A DNA stretch of 64,000 nucleotides, from NCBI GenBank assembly GCA_036490405.1, contig DASXDY010000059.1, positions 10,941-74,940 of the forward strand, written 5' to 3'. The number at the start of each line of letters is the position of its first letter. Positions within the stretch are counted from its first letter, which is position 1. The position numbers and the translations under genes are program-made. The DNA comes from Candidatus Sulfotelmatobacter sp. Its GTDB lineage: Bacteria > Acidobacteriota > Terriglobia > Terriglobales > Acidobacteriaceae. Below the pieces are notes generated by a model. It worked only from the letters and a program-made list of their open reading frames with translations, ran no database searches and was not told the DNA's origin. This document shows positions 29,421 through 35,603 of this stretch, one piece after another.

Positions 29421-30314
29421 TTAGCTGCCGGCTGGATCGTTCTCTGCGAGAGACTCAAGGGCTTCAGTGGAATCGGCGGCGGCAGCGATCTCGCGCCCAC
29501 TGCGGAACCAGCTCATATGCGGCAAAGCCGCTACCGAATGCCGCCGGACCGCGATCAGTTCGGCTGTAATGGCAACCGCGATCTCCTCCGGCGTGACCGC
29601 CCCAATATCAATCCCGATCGGCGCATGGACGCGCTCGAAAAGATGCTCCGGAAGCCCTTCCTCCCGCAGTGTCTTGAAAATGCCGATCACCTTGCGCTTC
29701 GATCCGATCATTCCCACATACCGCGCCCGCGTCTGCACCGCCCAGCGCAACAGCCGCATGTCGTCGCGGTGCCCGCGCGTCACGATCACAATGTAGGAAG
29801 ACTCGTTCGGATCGAGCTTCTGGGTTGCTTCTTCAAAGTCCATTGCGTGGACTTCGCGCGCTTGCGGAAAGCGCTCTCGCGTGGCATAGGAGGTCCGGTC
29901 ATCGGCGACGATAACTTCGAATCCGGCAGATGCCGCCGCCTTGCAAACATTGAAGGCAACATGACCTGCACCCAAAATATAAAGTAGTGCTGGAGGCAGT
30001 ATCGGCTCCACGAATATCTCTAAAGTCCCGCCGCAAACCAGGCCAGTGTCGTACTTCGGGTCCTGATTCAAGTCAAACTTTAAGCTTCGCGGCTTCTCGG
30101 ATTCCATGACTTCCCGCGCCGCCTGCCAGACGTCAGCCTCGACGCAGCCGCCCCCGATCGTGCCTACGATCGATCCATCGTCCCGCACCAGCATCTTCGC
30201 CGTCTGGAACGAAGGGATGGATCCTCGCACGTTGACGATGGTCGCCACCGCCCCGCGCCGTCCTTCGCGCCGAAGCTGCACGATTTGTTCGTAGATGTCC
30301 ACGACTGCGGCCAA
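29421..30314 (-). CDS. XdhC/CoxI-family molybdoenzyme maturation protein
   Basis: XdhC_CoxI N-domain (GAVATIVNVRGSIPS...GTIGGGCVE) plus a Rossmann-like C-domain (LYILGAGHVA). Confidence 0.85.
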   Translation of the reverse strand: MAAVVDIYEQIVQLRREGRRGAVATIVNVRGSIPSFQTAKMLVRDDGSIVGTIGGGCVEADVWQAAREVMESEKPRSLKFDLNQDPKYDTGLVCGGTLEIFVEPILPPALLYILGAGHVAFNVCKAAASAGFEVIVADDRTSYATRERFPQAREVHAMDFEEATQKLDPNESSYIVIVTRGHRDDMRLLRWAVQTRARYVGMIGSKRKVIGIFKTLREEGLPEHLFERVHAPIGIDIGAVTPEEIAVAITAELIAVRRHSVAALPHMSWFRSGREIAAAADSTEALESLAENDPAGS

Positions 30315-30376
30315 TGCCAGCGATGATTATCAGTCGGTTAACAAGGGAGAGTCAAACGCGTCGCGTAGGGCCGGTT

Positions 30377-30413
30377 TTCCTTCGTGTAACTTAGTGTCCT
30401 TTGTGGTTCAGGC
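30377..30413 (+). repeat. repeat family 2 copy
   Basis: TTCCTTCGTGTAACTTAGTGTCCTTTGTGGTTCAGGC. Homologous to 37220..37256 including upstream flank. Confidence 0.65.
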
Positions 30414-30471
30414 TTTTTGTAGCCCTGGGAAAACGCGGCGGGCACTCGTCACACAGCGGACGCGTAGAACT

Positions 30472-30510
30472 AAAAAAATAAAAGCCCCAGATCATCACTC
30501 CGGGGCTTTG
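30472..30510 (-). terminator. strong intrinsic terminator (minus strand) about 160 nt upstream of the xdhC start
   Basis: Minus strand reads CAAAGCCCCGGAGTGATGATCTGGGGC followed by TTTTATTTTTTT. No credible minus-strand ORF lies upstream of it. Confidence 0.6.
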
Positions 30511-30915
30511 TGCGTTGAATCAGTGGGAAACCGGTCCGTCAAACCATATTAATGGTGACGCAAACCGCTTCCGAGGTCAATCATTCTTTCGTGCCTGAGT
30601 TGTCTGAAACCTGTTATCGGGATGTTCTTGTGAGTGGCCCAAACAGATGTGTTGGCTCAGCCTGAAATGGAGAAGCGACGTTCTCCGTTAGTGAGTATTC
30701 CGCCCTTCGGGCGGGGATTTTCAAGGCATTGGGGTCTTTAGATCCGATGGAGGTTTGGCGGCGCAAGAACGAGTCCTCACGCCCCCGTTCATCGTCTCGA
30801 TGAGCCCACCGGGTTATCCCTCAGCATGGTTGCATCCCTGCAGTGCCCGCCTCCGTTTCGCCCGGCAAGATCATTGTAGCTTTCAACAGTTAGATAATCA
30901 GCGCATAATTCCTCT

Positions 30916-31602
30916 GTGAAATACCACACGGTCTTCCCTCTCGCATTGGGGACAATTCTTGCGTGCTGGCAAGCGGTCGCACAGGGCACGCAGCCCCGTG
31001 TTTCTGCCACTGATGCCTCGTATCTTAGTTGCACGATTTGGACGGGCAAAGAATGGACGCCTCCAGCCGAAAGATCGGCTCGAACACCTCTTGCCGAGTC
31101 TCCAAAGGGTTACCGTGCTTATGCGGAGGTGAGGGTTTTCGTAAAAGATGGGTCTTGCGAAAACTCAACCAAGCTGTATGTCGCTCTGGGGGCAAAGCAG
31201 CAATTCGTAACTGCTTACTCCGAACCTCGATCCGGGAGCGGTGGCGGAAACGGCATTCACTTGATCGGTTGGTCCGCAAACGGCGAAAAGCTACTGGCTG
31301 AAGTCAACTTTTGGAAATATGAAACCGACAGTGGTTTCTGGCATGTTCCGCTGATCTACGACGCTTCGACCGGAAAGGCCGCCGAGATTCGTGGGTTGGA
31401 CAAGGCGCTGACACGATACTTTGGCCCCGATTGCGAGTTCGAGCTGAGCGTGAAGGGTTGGAAGGGTAGGGACCAGATAGTGGTCGAAGTGTCTAGGCCT
31501 CCCGAGGACGAATCATACGAACAACATTTCTGCGTCAGTTCGCCACGCCTGATTGTTTACGACGTTCAAAAAGAAACCGTGCAACCTGAAAGCACCAAAT
31601 AG
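30916..31602 (+). CDS. hypothetical lipoprotein/exported protein (228 aa)
   Basis: GTG start, signal with lipobox-like ILAC. GC looks lower by eye than in neighbouring genes. No domain recognised. Confidence 0.5.
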   Translation: MKYHTVFPLALGTILACWQAVAQGTQPRVSATDASYLSCTIWTGKEWTPPAERSARTPLAESPKGYRAYAEVRVFVKDGSCENSTKLYVALGAKQQFVTAYSEPRSGSGGGNGIHLIGWSANGEKLLAEVNFWKYETDSGFWHVPLIYDASTGKAAEIRGLDKALTRYFGPDCEFELSVKGWKGRDQIVVEVSRPPEDESYEQHFCVSSPRLIVYDVQKETVQPESTK

Positions 31603-31711
31603 TTGAGGCGGTTTCGATCACTGTTGAAAAATCGCCATATTACTCATCTACTGTGGGTCAAAATAGTTTTCCTTGGCCGTCCGACATTCTCCGTGGCTGG
31701 TCGCTTGCTCT

Positions 31712-32656
31712 TCACGCGGCTTGCTGGCGGCGACTCTGGCGCTGCTGTCTGGCGGCTTCCAGCTTGCGGTCGCGCTCTGCGTGGATCTCCAGCTGACGCC
31801 CCGCCAGCACGTCCTTCGGCGTGAGGTAGCCGGTGGCACTGTTCAGGCGGACGTTGTTGTAATGCCCCACGTAGCTCTCGACCAGACGCCGCGCATCTTC
31901 CAGCGACAGCGGCGTCCCCGCCCGAATGCACTCGCTTTTCAGCGATTTGTGCCAGCGCTCAATCTTGCCGTTCGACTGCGGATAGTAAGGGGAGGTTCGG
32001 ACGTGCGTCATGCCCGAGATGCGAATGAACTCCTTGAAGTCGCGAGCAATGAACTGCGGGCCATTGTCGGAGATGATTCGCGGCTTCGCTTCCGGGTACT
32101 TCTCCTTGGCTCGCTGCAGAATCAGTTCGACATCAGATTCTCGCATGGACTCCCGTAGGCCCCAATGCACGAGGAAGCGACTGAACCCATCCAGAATGCT
32201 GCACAAGTAATAGAAGGTGCCACACAGGTTGATGTAGGAAACGTCGATATGCCAGTGCTGATGCGGCTGCAGCGGCTGCTCGAAACCGGTCCCCTTGCGC
32301 GAAGGTTTGCTCTTCCACCGGGATAACAATCCCGCTTGCTTCAACACCCGCCAAACGCTCGCCGGGCTGACCGCCACAACATCAGCGTCGAGCATCATGA
32401 ACGTCAGCCGCCGATAGCCTTCCAGCGGGTTCTTCAGGTGGAACTCGATGATCGCTTCTTTCTCCCACAGCTCCAACCAGAAATCACGGGGAACCCAACC
32501 GTTGTGCTCGTTGACGCACCCATACCGCTGCCGCCAGTCATAGAACTTGCTGGCGGTCACGCCCAGCCACGGGATGAACCGTCCGACGCCGATCCCGGCT
32601 TTCTCCGACCAGCGCCGGACGAAATCCACGACTAGATCCCGCACATCATGCGGCAC
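31712..32656 (-). CDS. IS3-family transposase OrfB (DDE integrase core)
   Basis: HWHIDVSYI, ISDNGPQFIA and YYPQSNGKIERWHKSLK give the D, D, E triad context. Confidence 0.9.
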   Translation of the reverse strand: MPHDVRDLVVDFVRRWSEKAGIGVGRFIPWLGVTASKFYDWRQRYGCVNEHNGWVPRDFWLELWEKEAIIEFHLKNPLEGYRRLTFMMLDADVVAVSPASVWRVLKQAGLLSRWKSKPSRKGTGFEQPLQPHQHWHIDVSYINLCGTFYYLCSILDGFSRFLVHWGLRESMRESDVELILQRAKEKYPEAKPRIISDNGPQFIARDFKEFIRISGMTHVRTSPYYPQSNGKIERWHKSLKSECIRAGTPLSLEDARRLVESYVGHYNNVRLNSATGYLTPKDVLAGRQLEIHAERDRKLEAARQQRQSRRQQAA

Positions 32657-32667
32657 CCAGATACCGG

Positions 32668-32982
32668 TTAGAGTTCCCCAAGACTTTTTTTTGGCGCGAT
32701 GTGCTCAGCCATCAGCTCAGCCAGGACCTCGTCCTTGGTCTGGACCTTCTTCTCCAAGAACTCGATCCGTTTCTGCTTCTCCTCGACTTGGCGGTGGGGA
32801 CGCTCTTGCGACTGAAAAGCGGCGGCTCCGTTCTCGAACAGTTCTTTCTGCCAGCGGTAGAACACCGTTGGCCGCAGGCCTAGCTCTTCACACAGCTCCG
32901 AGACGGGTACTTTGTCCACAAGATGCCGCCTCAGGATGGCTACTTTTTCTTCTGGAGTGAAATGCTTCCGTTCTTTCCTCAT
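32668..32982 (-). CDS. IS3-family transposase OrfA (HTH)
   Basis: MRKERKHFTPEEKVAILRRHL...VSELCEELGLRPTVFYRWQKE HTH plus a leucine-zipper-like tail. Confidence 0.9.
   Translation of the reverse strand: MRKERKHFTPEEKVAILRRHLVDKVPVSELCEELGLRPTVFYRWQKELFENGAAAFQSQERPHRQVEEKQKRIEFLEKKVQTKDEVLAELMAEHIAPKKSLGEL
32685..32692 (-). other. programmed -1 ribosomal frameshift site (A AAA AAA) joining orfA to orfB
   Basis: orfA frame reads CC[A AAA AAA] AGT. A -1 slip continues KSWGTLTGIWVPHDVRDLVVDF, which is the OrfB N-terminus. Confidence 0.75.
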
Positions 32983-33042
32983 ACGTTCGCTCCGTTATCT
33001 TAACGGACGAACGCTTTCTCCATTTCCAGCTGAGGCAGAACA

Positions 33043-33132
33043 CAGAGGGCGGCGGAGTCGAACCGTAGTGGCTGATGAGAGCTACTCACCGGTTTGACGG
33101 ACCGTGTCCAGTACCCACTGGCAACGCCCTCT
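33043..33132 (-). tRNA. aberrant 90-nt tRNA-like gene (tRNASec-/allo-tRNA-like geometry; possibly a pseudogene)
   Basis: Perfect 8-bp acceptor AGAGGGCG/CGCCCTCT. D-arm of 5-6 bp with 4-nt loop GGGT. Long variable arm. Canonical T-loop TTCGACT on only a 3-bp stem. The anticodon loop CCGTCAA is irregular. Confidence 0.4.
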
Positions 33133-33278
33133 AGACTTCGGCCCGCCATCGGAATCCTGCTCTGCTGAAAGGGAATTCAAATCGTTTGTAGGAAAAAAGC
33201 GCGTGTGTTTTCCAAATCGGGAATTCCCGTTCTGACAACTGGGCGTGATACCGTCTCAACCAGCGGAGAGATTTTCCC

Positions 33279-34301
33279 ATGAAAGCAGTTCGCATCCATC
33301 AATTCGGCGGACCCGAAGTCCTCACCTACGAAGACATCCCCGATCCGCAGCCACGCCAAGATCAGGCCCTGGTCCGGGTGAAGGCCTGCTCGCTCAATCA
33401 TCTCGATCTGTGGGTCCGCAAGGGATTGCCCGGCGTCCAGTTGCCGCACATCCTCGGCAGCGACATCGCAGGAGAAATCGCCGAAATCGGCGAATATGCC
33501 ACCGGATTCACTCCAGGCCAGCGCGTGCTAGTCGCGCCCATGCACTATTGCGGACACTGTGTGAAATGTGTCGCCGGACTTCAAAACCAGTGTCGAGAAT
33601 TCACGGTGCTGGGGAACGCGGTGGACGGCGGCAATTGCGAACTCATCGCAGTCCGCGCAGCGAACGTGATACCTATTCCCGATTCACTCGATTTCAACCA
33701 GGCCGCCAGCGTTCCGCTGGTGTTCGTCACCGCATGGCACATGCTCGTGGGTTTGGCTGGTATGCGTCCCGGACAGACGGTGCTGGTTCTCGGCGGAAGT
33801 TCTGGCGTAGGAATTGCGGCCATCCAGATCGCAAAGATGTTCCATTGCCGTGTCATCACCACCGCCGGAAACGAAGCCAAGCTGGACAAAGCCCGCGCTC
33901 TCGGTGCCGACTTTGGCATCGATCACTATAAGCAAAAGATCTCCGAAGAAATCCGCAAGATTACGAACAAAGAAGGCGTCGACATCGTCGTCGAGCACGT
34001 CGGCGCCGCTACCTGGGACGAAAGCCTGCGTTCCCTCAAGACCGCAGGCACGCTCGTTACCTGTGGCGCGACCACGGGCCCGAATGTGAGCGTCGACCTC
34101 CGCCATCTCTTCGCGCGCCAGCTGCGCCTGCTCGGCTCCTACATGGGAACCATGGGGGAACTGCACGAAGTGCTGGGGCACGTCTTCGCCGGACGCCTCA
34201 AGCCCGTCGTGGACCGCGCGTTCCCTTTAAGTGAAATCCGCTCTGCCCACGACTATCTGGAGAAGAGCCAGATGTTCGGGAAAGTGGTGGTGAATCCGTG
34301 A
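33279..34301 (+). CDS. zinc-type alcohol dehydrogenase / quinone oxidoreductase family (MDR superfamily)
   Basis: MKAVRIHQFGGPEVL, GSDIAGEI, structural-zinc CGHCVKCVAGLQNQC and GGSSGVG NAD(P) motifs. Confidence 0.85.
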   Translation: MKAVRIHQFGGPEVLTYEDIPDPQPRQDQALVRVKACSLNHLDLWVRKGLPGVQLPHILGSDIAGEIAEIGEYATGFTPGQRVLVAPMHYCGHCVKCVAGLQNQCREFTVLGNAVDGGNCELIAVRAANVIPIPDSLDFNQAASVPLVFVTAWHMLVGLAGMRPGQTVLVLGGSSGVGIAAIQIAKMFHCRVITTAGNEAKLDKARALGADFGIDHYKQKISEEIRKITNKEGVDIVVEHVGAATWDESLRSLKTAGTLVTCGATTGPNVSVDLRHLFARQLRLLGSYMGTMGELHEVLGHVFAGRLKPVVDRAFPLSEIRSAHDYLEKSQMFGKVVVNP

Positions 34302-34345
34302 TCTACTGGGTTCCCGGCAACTCGCGCGGCCTCCGGCAAGACAAC

Positions 34346-34376
34346 AAAAAGCCCCAGCTCTTTGCGAGTCTGGGGT
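34346..34376 (-). terminator. intrinsic terminator of the small basic protein gene (possibly bidirectional)
   Basis: CCCCAG (34352-57) pairs with CTGGGG (34370-75). The minus strand continues TTTTTGTTG. Confidence 0.55.
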
Positions 34377-34397
34377 AATCTCACACGGAAGTCTCTA

Positions 34398-34724
34398 CTA
34401 GGCAGTTTTCGCCGCTTTTACCTTTGCCCATCGCGCCCGTTGCGCAGCCGCAATCTTCTTGCGGGCGGCGGCCGACATGGTTCGTTTCTTGGGCATCGTA
34501 ACCACGCTGCCCGTGCCGCTCTTTGCCTTCACCTTCGCCCATCGCGCTCGCTGTGCGGCGGCGATTCTGGCTTTACCGGCCGCAGAAATAGTGCGACCCG
34601 AAGATGTTCCTTTCCGGTAAACCGTTCCAAAAGCGGAGAGCGCAGCGCTGATCGCCCCCATCTCCCTGGTCAACCGCGCGTGCTCTTTCTTCAATATCTC
34701 CACAACCCCGTTTAGATTTGCCAT
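34398..34724 (-). CDS. small basic protein with coiled-coil N-terminus and a duplicated IAAAQRARWAKVK motif
   Basis: 108 aa. Contains ..SAAGKARIAAAQRARWAKVKAK.. and ..SAAARKKIAAAQRARWAKVKAAK... Paralog of 46122..46349. Confidence 0.65.
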   Translation of the reverse strand: MANLNGVVEILKKEHARLTREMGAISAALSAFGTVYRKGTSSGRTISAAGKARIAAAQRARWAKVKAKSGTGSVVTMPKKRTMSAAARKKIAAAQRARWAKVKAAKTA

Positions 34725-34877
34725 GAATTTCCTTTCGCGTTGATTCTACCTAGCAAACGGCCAATCTGGGAATGTTTACTGCGACAAAGGCATGTGCGCT
34801 TGCCCAGACAGCGTCCATGCGACCGGACCCTGAGATCATCGTGCACCCGGGCCTTTGTGGTTTAAAATAACAACACA

Positions 34878-35438
34878 ATGTCCCGTGAGCTAAATTTTGG
34901 ACCATACGTCGACTTCGAAAACGGCAAGAAGGTCGTCAAAGATCTCACCTTCGGCAATCCCACGCCGGAAGGCGTGGTGTTGACCACGCTCGATTCCGCG
35001 GTCAACTGGATGCGCAAAAGCTCCATCTGGCCCATGACATTCGGCTTGGCCTGCTGCGCGATTGAAATGATGTCGATGGGCGCGTCGCGCTTCGATATCG
35101 CGCGCTTTGGCGCGGAAGTTTTCCGTCCATCTCCTCGGCAGAGCGATCTCATGATCATCGCCGGCCGCGTTTCAAACAAAATGGCTCCGGTCATCCGCCA
35201 GCTCTGGGAGCAGATGCCCGAACCGAAGTGGGTGATGTCGATGGGAGCCTGCGCGACTTCAGGCGGCGTGTTTCAAAACTATGCGCTCGTGCAGAGCGTG
35301 AACCAGGTAATCCCGGTGGATGTCTACGTTCCCGGATGCCCGCCGCGTCCCGAGCAGCTGATTTACGCGATCACGCTGTTGCAGGACAAAATCCAGAATG
35401 AACGCGGCACCATCAAGAAAGCCCTCAACATCGTTTAG
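34878..35438 (+). CDS. nuoB: NADH-quinone oxidoreductase subunit B
   Basis: [19 protein letters not shown] and [12 protein letters not shown]2-cluster motifs. No adjacent nuo genes. Confidence 0.9.
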   Translation: MSRELNFGPYVDFENGKKVVKDLTFGNPTPEGVVLTTLDSAVNWMRKSSIWPMTFGLACCAIEMMSMGASRFDIARFGAEVFRPSPRQSDLMIIAGRVSNKMAPVIRQLWEQMPEPKWVMSMGACATSGGVFQNYALVQSVNQVIPVDVYVPGCPPRPEQLIYAITLLQDKIQNERGTIKKALNIV

Positions 35439-35485
35439 CACGGAAGCTCTGCCCCGACAAAAATCGTCATTCGCAAAGACAGCGA

Positions 35486-35567
35486 TTTGTCATTCCGGAA
35501 AACTTTGTCATTCCGAAAGAATTTGTCATTCCGAAAAACTTTGTCATTCCGAGCGAAGCGAGGAACC
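35486..35567 (+). repeat. tandem array: 3 x 18-bp TTTGTCATTCCGRAARAM plus a full family-1 core
   Basis: Units at 35486, 35504 and 35522. The fourth unit extends into GTCATTCCGAGCGAAGCGAGGAACC (35543-35567). A degenerate unit lies near 35465. Confidence 0.8.
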
Positions 35568-35603
35568 AGCTTTTCGCTTGCGGCGCCACGTTTCCTGACT
35601 CGC

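Larger units (their letters stand above)
31652..33044 (-). mobile_element. IS3-family insertion sequence (orfA/orfB with -1 frameshift); boundaries approximate
   Basis: Both ends begin TGTG (weakly similar inverted repeats). The length of about 1.39 kb and the 60-bp flanks around the ORFs fit IS3. No target-site duplication found by eye. Confidence 0.75.

Noticed and set aside
30520-30900. tmRNA, RNase P RNA, 6S or SRP RNA in the ORF-free region.
   Set aside because: None of the conserved blocks I know is present on either strand: GGAAAGTCCGGGC and ACAGAACCCGGCTTA for RNase P, or a tRNA-like 5'/3' pairing with a T-arm for tmRNA. It is kept only as an unclassified ncRNA/leader candidate.
35486-35567. 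Possible CRISPR array (regularly spaced GTCATTCCG units).
   Set aside because: The units are contiguous 18-mers with no unique spacers and no cas genes. The unit is the 5' half of the dispersed family-1 repeat.
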